Shown piece after piece: positions 48,433 to 56,331 of a DNA stretch of 64,000 bases. Every line of letters begins with the position of its first letter. The stretch's first letter is position 1. Under the pieces are notes generated by a model. It ran no database searches. It had not been told where the DNA came from and worked only from the letters and a program-made list of their open reading frames with translations. Made by a program: the position numbers and the translations under genes. Origin of the DNA: Pirellulales bacterium (GTDB lineage Bacteria > Planctomycetota > Planctomycetia > Pirellulales > JAICIG01); contig DATKRK010000359.1 of assembly GCA_035532215.1 (NCBI GenBank), positions 5,198 through 69,197 of the forward strand, written 5' to 3'.

Positions 48433-49038
48433 ATGGCAAGCGAATTGGCAAAGACGATCGAGAACTGGTTCGCGGCCAACGGCGACGGCGAGTTTGTCGT
48501 CGGCGAAGACGCGGGTCCGTATTCCGTCATCCCGCCTGGAAGGGAAAGTGCGCGAATCATTTTCTCGACCAAGGCGTCGCTGATTGCGATGGCGATCGAG
48601 CGCTGCCCTCGCCGCGGCGAACTTGGCATGGTCGCACGCCAAGGACTGCCCAACGAGGCAGATCTCCGCTGGCTGCGCGGCACGATGGGCGCCAGCGAAC
48701 TGTGGTTTCTGGGAGACATGGATCCGCCCGACCTGATGATCTTCGCATGGCTTCGTCATCATTTGCCCGAGAAGCAGATCTTGCATCTTGGCGTCAGCGA
48801 CGCCTATCTCGCCGCGCTTCAGTTGAGTTTATCCGAGTCGTTCGTCGTACGATGCTCGAACTCCGAACGCAGCACCATGGAGACGCTGGCCGCTGTGTTT
48901 CCCGACTTCCGCGAAGTTACTGGGCCGAAGTGCGCTTCGCTACTGGAGCAAGGAAGCAAGATTGAGGTTGAGGCAGTCGTAAGCGCCGCCGGCTCTGCCG
49001 CGCCGATCTTGCTGCCCGTGTTCAGTCGGCTCCGGTAG
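48433..49038 (+). CDS. hypothetical protein with Spo11/TopoVI-A/JetD-like Toprim motif order
   Basis: 201-aa ORF 23 bp after argS. 'LWFLGDMDPPDLMIFAWL', 'LHLGVSDAYL' and the terminal 'KIEVEAV' occur in the order seen in TopoVI-A-type Toprim domains. No other domain was recognised. Confidence 0.6.
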   Translation: MASELAKTIENWFAANGDGEFVVGEDAGPYSVIPPGRESARIIFSTKASLIAMAIERCPRRGELGMVARQGLPNEADLRWLRGTMGASELWFLGDMDPPDLMIFAWLRHHLPEKQILHLGVSDAYLAALQLSLSESFVVRCSNSERSTMETLAAVFPDFREVTGPKCASLLEQGSKIEVEAVVSAAGSAAPILLPVFSRLR

Positions 49039-49139
49039 GATAGCTGGCAGCGGATCGAAATCATGCGGCGGCCAACGGACGCGACAAGCTTTTTAACAGA
49101 ATCTGTGAGTTGTTTTGGCCGCAACGGCGATGTTTGAGC

Positions 49140-49366
49140 GCGTTTTTTCAGGCATTGCCGGGCAAATAAATGACGCAGCACTGGATGGATGAAATCATTC
49201 TTGATAAGCAACGACAATTGGCGCCGGCGCATTCGCGCTCTGCTTTCGAGGGCAACCAGCTTCGGGCGGCAAAGGGCTGCCCATGCCCTTGTGCGCCGCG
49301 AGGGCCAGGGGCTTTTACTGTTCACCGACGCCCCATTTATTTGCCCGGCAATGCCTGGAAAAACGC
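49140..49366. mobile_element. MITE-like element with 33-bp terminal inverted repeats
   Basis: 'gcgttttttcaggcattgccgggcaaataaatg' (49140-49172) is complementary to 49334-49366 with one mismatch. The ~160-bp interior is non-coding-looking, and the local sequence is AT-richer. Confidence 0.55.
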
Positions 49367-49434
49367 AACGTCAACCCCTCTTACCCACGCAAAATCAACC
49401 CTAGATTCTGCGGAGAAGCCGCTCTTTTATCGCC

Positions 49435-50124
49435 GTGACTCAAGATCCTGAAGAATCACAGAAGGTCGACGTACGGAGGCCGTCCCCGCGGCCGCCAAAT
49501 GGCGCCGGGCGCGTTCACGCCCCAGTGCGCCGCAGCTACGATGAACTGGCGGCGAGCTACGACACGCGCTGGCGGCATTATATCGAGGCCACTTCGGCCT
49601 TGGCGATCGAAGCGATCGCCCCCGAGGCTGACGGTCGCGCGCTGAACATCGCCTGTGGCACGGGCGAACTCGAGCGGCGGCTGCACGAACTGCGGCCGCA
49701 GCTCCGGCTGACGGGGACCGATTTGAGCCCGAATATGCTGCGCCGCGCCGCCGCGAAAGAGCTTGGCGCTGAATGGCTGGCCGCGGTGGCGGCGCATCTG
49801 CCGCTGGCTGACGCTGCGTTCGATTACGTGCTGTGCGTCAACGCCTTTCATTACTTTCGCCTGCCGAGCGACTCGCTGGCCGAAATGCGGCGCGTGCTGC
49901 GGCCCGGCGGTACGCTGGTGCTGGTCGATTGGTGCGACGATTACCTCTCGTGCAAACTGTGCAGCGTCTGGCTGCGGCTGACCGACCGCGCGTTTTACCG
50001 CAACTATTCGCTCGCTGGCTGCCGGGCACAACTCGAACAAGCCGGCTTTCGCATCGACTCCGCAGAGCGGCGCCGCATCAATTGGCTCTGGGGGCTGATG
50101 CGATTCGTCTGCCGCGTTCCGTAG
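49435..50124 (+). CDS. class I SAM-dependent methyltransferase
   Basis: 'ALNIACGTGEL' (motif I), 'FDYVLCVNAFHYF' and 'LRPGGTLVLVDW'. GTG start as given in the track. Confidence 0.85.
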   Translation: MTQDPEESQKVDVRRPSPRPPNGAGRVHAPVRRSYDELAASYDTRWRHYIEATSALAIEAIAPEADGRALNIACGTGELERRLHELRPQLRLTGTDLSPNMLRRAAAKELGAEWLAAVAAHLPLADAAFDYVLCVNAFHYFRLPSDSLAEMRRVLRPGGTLVLVDWCDDYLSCKLCSVWLRLTDRAFYRNYSLAGCRAQLEQAGFRIDSAERRRINWLWGLMRFVCRVP

Positions 50125-50177
50125 TAGAAGCGGCATCCCTGCCGCTTTCGAATACGCGGCAGGGATGCCGCGTCTAC
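50124..50177. repeat. 22-bp-stem hairpin 'gtaga(a/c)gcggcatccctgccgc'
   Basis: The stem is 50124-50145 / 50156-50177 with one mismatch. It lies immediately after the methyltransferase stop. A near-identical copy is at 54389..54442. Confidence 0.9.
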
Positions 50178-50214
50178 GGACGGACTGCCCCCGGGGCCGC
50201 TGCCTGCTCCTGGA

Positions 50215-52149
50215 TTACGAACGCCCCAACTCGCCTTGAGCGCGCTCGAGCACCTTGGCGAATGGCGCTTGCGCCATCGCCCCGAACAACGCGTTGCCGC
50301 CGAGCCGCGCGGCGCTCAGCCGCGGCGAGGATAGCCCGCAAAGAAAGCGGGCCAGCGCCCGAGGCTCGCCCAACACGTCGCGTTTTTCACGCGCCAAGGC
50401 CAACGCCCGCGGCCAGACGCCCTCGTCGAGCGAAACTTCTTCGCGCGGCAACAGCGTCAGGCGTTGCCGGCCGCCCGTGCACCAGGTGCAATGACCGCAC
50501 GGTTCGGCCAGCCGCTCGCCGAAATATTCGGCCAGCATCGCCGTCTGGCAGCCGTCTTTTCCGGCGAGTTCGAGCACCTGCTGGAGCCGGGCGAGTTCGC
50601 GCTGTTCGCGCTTGACGAGACGCTGGTGGAGATCGTCGGCCAGCGCGTCCAAGTCGCCGGGCGGCTGCAAGGACCGATAGGTCTGCCGCACGCCTTCGGC
50701 CCGCAACTCGATCAAACGCTGCTCGGACAGATAGTCGAACGCCCGCACGATCCGATCGCGCGGCTGGCCGAGGGCCCGGGCGGCTTGTTCCAGGTCGATG
50801 TGGAACCAGGTCTTCGCCTTGCGGGTTTGCCGCAGCACCTGGGCCAGAAACTCGCGCCGCTCGCCTTCGAAGCGGGCCAGGATTTCCTGCGACGACTTGA
50901 GCGGCTGAAAGCTGTACCGCGAATAGAACGGCGTGCCGGCTTGCAAATGCCCGGCGAGTTCCAGGTAGGTGAGCAGCGTTTGCACGACGAGTTGTCGAAT
51001 GTCGTGCCGGCCGGCGCATTCGTAGGTCGAAAGGTCGAAGTCGGCTCCCGTGCGAAACACGTCGCCCAGCAATCCGCGGACGCTCGCGCGACTGGGCGTG
51101 TCGCCGTGGGCGAAGTTTTCCAGGACGCCGAGATCGTCGGGGCAGACGAACATTTCGCACGTCGATTTCCGCCCGTCGCGGCCCGCCCGGCCAATCTCCT
51201 GCGAGTAGTTCTCCAGGCTCTTGGGCAGGTTGTAGTGGTAGACATAGCGGATGTCGGCCTTGTCGACGCCCATGCCGAAGGCGATCGTGGCCACCACGAC
51301 GCCGCGGTCGCCATGCATGAACCAGTCTTGCGCTTCGGCCCGTGCGTCGGCTTCCATGCCGGCATGGTAGGCCCGCGCCGGCAGTCCGGCGGCGGCGAGC
51401 CGCTCGGCGACCGTCTCGGCAGTCTTTTGCAGCGTGACGTAGACGATCGCCGGACCCGGCGGCGAATCGCTGAGCCTGCGAACGAGCAATGCGTCGCGCT
51501 CGCCGGCCGTGATGGGCGTGGCGACGAGCGACAGGTTGGGGCGATAAAAGCCGGTCCGCACGGCGTGTGCCGGCTCGATGGCGAACTCGCGGCAAATATC
51601 GGCCAGCACCTGCGGCGTGGCGGTGGCCGTCAGGGCCAGCACGCGCTCGGCTCGGCACTGCCGGGCGAAGCGGGCCAGCTTCAGATAGTCGGGCCGGAAG
51701 CTATGCCCCCATTCCGAAATGCAGTGCGCCTCGTCGACCGCGAACAGCGAGATCTTCGTGCGGCTCATCGACTCGCGAAACCGTTCGTTGTTGAACCGCT
51801 CGGGCGCCACGTAGAGCAACCGCAGTCGCGCCTCGCGCACGGCCCGCACCACGGCCGCCGTTTCCTCGGCGGTCAAGGTCGAATCGAGCCGTTCGGCCGC
51901 CACGCCGCGGCGCTTCAGGCCGTCGATCTGGTCTTTCATCAGCGCGATCAGCGGCGACACGACGAGCGTCAAGCCGTCGAGCAGTTGGGCCGGCAATTGG
52001 TAGCACAGCGACTTGCCGCCGCCTGTGGGAAACACGGCCGCGGCCGAATGGCCCGCCAGCAAGCTGGCGACGACCTCGGCTTGACCGGGGCGAAACTCGT
52101 CGAAGCCGAATTGCTGCCGCAGCAACTGCCGCGCTGAAGAGAGGTCCAT
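50215..52149 (-). CDS. recQ: RecQ-family ATP-dependent DNA helicase
   Basis: I moved the start to 52149 ('MDLSSARQLLRQQFGFDEFRPGQAEV'). 'FPTGGGKSLCYQLPA', 'VDEAHCISEWGHSFRPDY' and 'LALTATAT' are helicase blocks. A C-terminal 'CGHCTWC' is also present. Confidence 0.93.
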   Translation of the reverse strand: MDLSSARQLLRQQFGFDEFRPGQAEVVASLLAGHSAAAVFPTGGGKSLCYQLPAQLLDGLTLVVSPLIALMKDQIDGLKRRGVAAERLDSTLTAEETAAVVRAVREARLRLLYVAPERFNNERFRESMSRTKISLFAVDEAHCISEWGHSFRPDYLKLARFARQCRAERVLALTATATPQVLADICREFAIEPAHAVRTGFYRPNLSLVATPITAGERDALLVRRLSDSPPGPAIVYVTLQKTAETVAERLAAAGLPARAYHAGMEADARAEAQDWFMHGDRGVVVATIAFGMGVDKADIRYVYHYNLPKSLENYSQEIGRAGRDGRKSTCEMFVCPDDLGVLENFAHGDTPSRASVRGLLGDVFRTGADFDLSTYECAGRHDIRQLVVQTLLTYLELAGHLQAGTPFYSRYSFQPLKSSQEILARFEGERREFLAQVLRQTRKAKTWFHIDLEQAARALGQPRDRIVRAFDYLSEQRLIELRAEGVRQTYRSLQPPGDLDALADDLHQRLVKREQRELARLQQVLELAGKDGCQTAMLAEYFGERLAEPCGHCTWCTGGRQRLTLLPREEVSLDEGVWPRALALAREKRDVLGEPRALARFLCGLSSPRLSAARLGGNALFGAMAQAPFAKVLERAQGELGRS

Positions 52150-52261
52150 AAGATCATTCCTGCTCCCTATGACCGGAGAAGAGATACTTGGGTTATAGCC
52201 GCCGCGTCGGCTGCTTGCCATGATCGGCCAGCGCGGCGAAGATAGCAAGCCGGCGGACGAT

Positions 52262-52469
52262 GTCCGGTACGTCGGCGCCTCGATCAAGCGCCGGCATCTG
52301 CAGAAGAAAAGCGGCGTGAAGCCGGGCGACGTCGCCGACAAGCGACACATCGAGGCGGGCCCCAGACGGTCTGGAGGCATATTACCGCCAAAAGGGTTTT
52401 GCCGACGCGAGAGTGACGGTCGGCGAAGCAGGCGGAATCGTGACTTTTCAAGTCGACGAAGGCCGTTAG
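52262..52469 (+). pseudogene. single POTRA-like domain fragment interrupted by a frameshift
   Basis: One frame reads 'VRYVGASIKRRHLQKKSGVKPGDVADKRHIEAG'. The next frame, from 52371, reads 'LEAYYRQKGFADARVTVGEAGGIVTFQVDEGR*'. Together they follow the POTRA pattern (G..f....le.d...L...Y...Gf.da.V........V.f.V.EG). No beta-barrel part follows. Confidence 0.45.
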
Positions 52470-52683
52470 GCCGCCGACCTGCCGCCGCTTGTTTCAATAA
52501 CGCCCGTGTCGACGACACGCAGTTTGCAAGGCCGGCGCATACGCCGCTCTTGCTGGCATCGCCAAGCGGCAACGCCTATAGTGACGTACGGAACGGGGGG
52601 ACCGCGACGAACACGGATTCGCCGACTCTAGAGGCCCATGAGGCAATCGCCCCCGCCGCACGCCGCGTTTGGGGGAGCGAACG

Positions 52684-54381
52684 ATGATGCGTCGGATGTT
52701 TGCCGTCTTGGCGAGATTGCGCCCGCGCGTCGTGACGCTCTTGCTCTTGGCTTCGATCGCCGCGTCGATCACAGTTGCTAATTTGTCCGGAGAATGCGGG
52801 GAGCGGAAGGTTGTCCCCGGACCCGAGCTGCCTGCCGATTTTTGGAGCAACAAGAACTTCGTAGGGACGCCTCCGAAGCTGATTTCGAAATTGGACTTCG
52901 ACGTTCGGGAACCGACGGCCGAGGATCAGAGCAGCAGCAATGCCATGTATTGCATGTCGTATGGTTGGCCGCTGCTCTGGCGCCAGTACCTCTTTCTCGG
53001 GATCGGTTACCCAGCAGCGTGCGTGGTGGGCGAGGCCTATAGCTCCCGCCGGCTGGTCGCCAATCTGGCGATCTGGCTGTTCATGCTGGCCACGCCGGCC
53101 GCGGTTTGCGAATGGCTGCTGCGCCGCTACCGGCCGCGGTTGCGGTTCAGCCTGCGCACGCTGCTGGCGGGGATGGGGCTCGTGGCCGCGCTGTGCGGCT
53201 GGTTTGCCTCGGCCCGCAATCGGGCGAACGTGCAGAACCCGCTCATCGAGGCCATCGGCGCTCGTGGTGGCCGCGTGTGGATCGAACGCTGGGGACCGAA
53301 ATGGCTCGACCTCGTCGGGTCCGATCGGCTCCGGAGACGCATCGTAGGCGTCGAAATAAATGCCGTCGGCGGCGACTTTCGAGAACGCCAACGGCTGCTT
53401 GGCAAGTTCAATCGATTGCCCGATCTGCAATATTTTTCGTTGAAAGCGAAGCTCCTGACTCCCGAGATGGCCGGCCCCTTGAGCGAACTGCATCGAGTCG
53501 AGACGCTGCAGATCGAACTCGGCGCAGTGACACGCTCGTCGGGCCTGGTGCTAGCCGATGTGCTTGGCGGCTTGCGGCGCTTGCGCGTGCTAAGCGTCGA
53601 CTGTGGCTCATCGGGATTAGATGTCGAAGTTGGATCGCACGAATGCCTGGCGGCCATTAGTAACATGCCACAGCTCGAACATGTCCATCTGCAAGGTTGG
53701 ACGATCGCCAGAGAGGATCTCGCCCTGCTGGCCGCATTAACGAAGCTGAAATCGCTGACGTTGAATCGCGTTAACATCGCATCTAAAGAATCTCCACCAG
53801 ACCCACCCTTGCTCGCGCGTCTGCCGGCGCTGCCGCAGTTGGAATCGCTCGACCTTGAGGGTTCGTACGTCTATGACGAGGATCTCCGCTATCTCGGTGT
53901 CCTGCCGCGTTTGAAATCGCTTGGGCTTCAGTACACTGAGGTCACCGGCGCGGGGCTGGCGGAATTGGCGCGGTTGGAATCGCTCGAAGAGCTGACGCTC
54001 GACGAACAGGCCGAGTCGGCCGCGGGCTTCAAGTCGTTGCTTAATCTCAAACGCCTCAAGTTTTTGCACATGGAACTCTTCGACAAGGAATCCTGGGAAT
54101 CGCGAGATTCACTCCGCGAACTGCTCGCAGATCTGCTGCCGGCGGTCGAAATCGACGATTGTATTCTGGCGCTGGAAGCTTTGCGAACTGCCAAGCCAGA
54201 CCTGGTCATCGACGACGCCTTTCCGCTCGAATGGCCCGCGGAAAGCTTGGCGCCGAAATGCGAAACGCTTCCCGAAGCATCGATGGCCGCCGCCGCTCGT
54301 CAGGCGGTGCGGGTCTGGAAGGAGCAACAAGCCGCCGCGGCAACGCCGCCAGGCGCCGTTAATCCGCCCGCGTCCAACTAG
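52684..54381 (+). CDS. membrane-anchored leucine-rich-repeat protein (paralog of 5920..7542)
   Basis: It shares its architecture and many identical blocks with the gene at 5920..7542 (MMRR.FA, MSYGWPLLWRQY, CEWLLRRYRPRLRFSLRTLLA, ARNRANVQ.PLI, YDEDLRYL.VLPRLK). The start at 52684 was chosen to match the paralog. Confidence 0.85.
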   Translation: MMRRMFAVLARLRPRVVTLLLLASIAASITVANLSGECGERKVVPGPELPADFWSNKNFVGTPPKLISKLDFDVREPTAEDQSSSNAMYCMSYGWPLLWRQYLFLGIGYPAACVVGEAYSSRRLVANLAIWLFMLATPAAVCEWLLRRYRPRLRFSLRTLLAGMGLVAALCGWFASARNRANVQNPLIEAIGARGGRVWIERWGPKWLDLVGSDRLRRRIVGVEINAVGGDFRERQRLLGKFNRLPDLQYFSLKAKLLTPEMAGPLSELHRVETLQIELGAVTRSSGLVLADVLGGLRRLRVLSVDCGSSGLDVEVGSHECLAAISNMPQLEHVHLQGWTIAREDLALLAALTKLKSLTLNRVNIASKESPPDPPLLARLPALPQLESLDLEGSYVYDEDLRYLGVLPRLKSLGLQYTEVTGAGLAELARLESLEELTLDEQAESAAGFKSLLNLKRLKFLHMELFDKESWESRDSLRELLADLLPAVEIDDCILALEALRTAKPDLVIDDAFPLEWPAESLAPKCETLPEASMAAAARQAVRVWKEQQAAAATPPGAVNPPASN

Positions 54382-54388
54382 CGCCAAA

Positions 54389-54442
54389 GTAGACGCGGCA
54401 TCCCTGCCGCTTTCGAACACGCGGCAGGGATGCCGCGTCTAC
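54389..54442. repeat. 22-bp-stem hairpin, second copy
   Basis: The perfect stem is 54389-54410 / 54421-54442 with loop 'tttcgaacac'. It starts 8 bp after the LRR gene stop. Confidence 0.9.
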
Positions 54443-54683
54443 GGTGAAAAACGCGGCAGGGCGCGGCGAGCCGTCGCCCGCGGTTGCCAATATCGCCGCG
54501 CCGGGCCAAACGATCGGGCCTAGCGGCCTCAGCAGTGGCGCCCTAGAATCGCCGTTCGCAGAAAGCTTCTTTCCCAGCCGTATCCAATCCATCGCCCGCA
54601 ATGAAAAGAGCGGGGAACAGGCCGACGAGCTGCAGGGCGAGGTGCAAAAAGCCCGGCGCCGGCCGAGTCGCATTTTTTTGAGC

Positions 54684-55580
54684 ATGTCTGAACCCACCGG
54701 CCTCGATTTCTGGCGCGATCTGGTCTCGCCGATGGGGCAAGCGGGCCGCCGCGTGCTCGGGCGCGTGCTGGTGTTCGGCGTCTTGGCTTGGCTGGTGTGG
54801 TGGATCGAAGAGGCGACCCACACTTCTCTCGCCGTCGATCTGGCGCCCTACGAAATCGCGGGAGCGGCGCTCAGCCTGTTGCTCGTGCTGCGGACCAATG
54901 CGGGCTACGATCGCTGGTGGGAAGCGCGCAAGCTTTGGGGGGCAATCGTCAATCAAGCTCGCGACCTGGTGGTGGTTTCGCTGGCCAACGGGCCCCAGGA
55001 TCGCCCATGGCGCGAGGAGATTGCCCGCTGGACGGCGGCCTTTGCCCATGCGGTCCGCCGCAGCCTGCGCGGCGAACGAGAGGCGCCCGAGCTGGCGGCG
55101 CTGTTGGGCGCCGAAGAAGCCGCGCGCGTCGCCGCAGCCGAGCACATGCCAGGCTACGTCTCGGCGCGGATCGCGGCGCAGCTCGCCGCCGCGCTCGGCC
55201 GGGAGCAAATCTCCGGATTCGCCTTTTTGCAGGCCGACCGGGACCGGGCCTTGCTGCTGGATCACGTCGGCGGTTGCGAGCGGATCCTGAAGACGCCGCT
55301 GCCTCGGGCCTACGCCGTCAAAATTCGGCAGCTCGTGTTCGTGTTTCTAGTGACATTGCCTTTTGCGTTGATTACCCGCGTCGGCTGGCTGACGCCCCTG
55401 GTGACGATCCTGACGGCCTATCCGCTGTTGGCGCTGGACGAGATCGGCGTCGAGTTGCAACGGCCCTTCTCGACCGCCAGCCTGAACCACTTGCCGCTCG
55501 ATGAGTTGTGCGCTACGATCGAGCGAAACCTTTTGGCGCTACTCGAATTCGAGCCGAGACCGGACGCAAGCGATGCGTAA
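54684..55580 (+). CDS. bestrophin-family (YneE/UPF0187) ion channel
   Basis: 'LLVLRTNAGYDRWWEARKLWGAIVNQARDL' is the bestrophin/UPF0187 signature, and TM segments are present. I moved the start to the ATG at 54684. Confidence 0.85.
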   Translation: MSEPTGLDFWRDLVSPMGQAGRRVLGRVLVFGVLAWLVWWIEEATHTSLAVDLAPYEIAGAALSLLLVLRTNAGYDRWWEARKLWGAIVNQARDLVVVSLANGPQDRPWREEIARWTAAFAHAVRRSLRGEREAPELAALLGAEEAARVAAAEHMPGYVSARIAAQLAAALGREQISGFAFLQADRDRALLLDHVGGCERILKTPLPRAYAVKIRQLVFVFLVTLPFALITRVGWLTPLVTILTAYPLLALDEIGVELQRPFSTASLNHLPLDELCATIERNLLALLEFEPRPDASDA

Positions 55581-56238
55581 GCTGATCCAAGGCATTGTGG
55601 AATTTCGCGAGAAGCGGCTGCCGCAATACGCCGAGCGGTTTCGCGAACTTTCTTCCGGGCAAACGCCCGACGCGCTGTTCATCACCTGCTCCGACAGCCG
55701 CGTCGTGCCCGAATTGCTGGCGTCGACCGATCCGGGCGATCTGTTCGTCGTGCGAAACGTGGGCAACATGGCGCCGCCGGCCACGGTCGAAGGCAGCTCG
55801 ACCGGCGACGTGTCGGAAGCCAGCGCGATCGAATATGCGGTGTCGGTGCTCGACGTTGAGGACATCATCGTCTGCGGCCACTCCGAGTGCGGCGCGATGC
55901 AGGCGGCGCTCGGCGTCGCGCCCGTTCCCGATGCTCCTAATCTGAAGAAATGGCTGCATTACTGCACCTCCGCCGTGTTCCGGCTTAGCCAGGAAGGCCC
56001 GCTCGACCCGACGCTCAGCGCGCACAACCAGCTTTCGCAGATCAACGTGCTGGTACAGCTCGAGCACTTGATGTCGTACTCGATCGTTCGCGACCGCGTG
56101 CAGAGCGGCCAGTTGCACCTCGGCGGCTGGTGGTTCGACATCGCCACGGGCGAAATGCAGGCTTACAACCGGGAAACCCGCTTGTTCGAGTTAATCGACC
56201 GCCAGGCGGCCGAGCGATTGCTTCAGCGGCGCGGCTGA
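55573..56238 (+). CDS. beta-class carbonic anhydrase
   Basis: 'FITCSDSRVVPE' (C-x-D-x-R) and 'VCGHSECGAM' (H-x-x-C) zinc ligands. The start ATG overlaps the bestrophin stop (ATGCGTAA). Confidence 0.93.
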   Translation: MRKLIQGIVEFREKRLPQYAERFRELSSGQTPDALFITCSDSRVVPELLASTDPGDLFVVRNVGNMAPPATVEGSSTGDVSEASAIEYAVSVLDVEDIIVCGHSECGAMQAALGVAPVPDAPNLKKWLHYCTSAVFRLSQEGPLDPTLSAHNQLSQINVLVQLEHLMSYSIVRDRVQSGQLHLGGWWFDIATGEMQAYNRETRLFELIDRQAAERLLQRRG

Positions 56239-56331
56239 CGCGGCGTCTGAATTGCCAAACGCGTGAATTGCGGACGCCGGACGACGGGCGCCTCCCTGAG
56301 CGAGCCTGCTAGCATCTCCTCGAAACCTGGC

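Noticed and set aside
48433-52149. Considered whether the Toprim-like gene, the SAM methyltransferase and the RecQ-family helicase form a defence-type cassette
   Set aside because: The methyltransferase looks like a small-molecule (UbiE/type-11) enzyme, not a DNA methyltransferase. The helicase is an ordinary RecQ-family member on the opposite strand. The three genes are separated by repeat-filled spacers. No nuclease or specificity component was seen.
50215-52572. The long N-terminal extensions offered by the ORF track (recQ to 52572, oxidoreductase to 41010, ispE from 24508, spoVG frame from 25062, SGNH from 12856, CelD-like from 41615, bestrophin from 54444, and others)
   Set aside because: The extensions run through repeat elements or have junk composition. 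Conserved N-termini, signal peptides or SD-like sequences support the shorter starts reported in the features.
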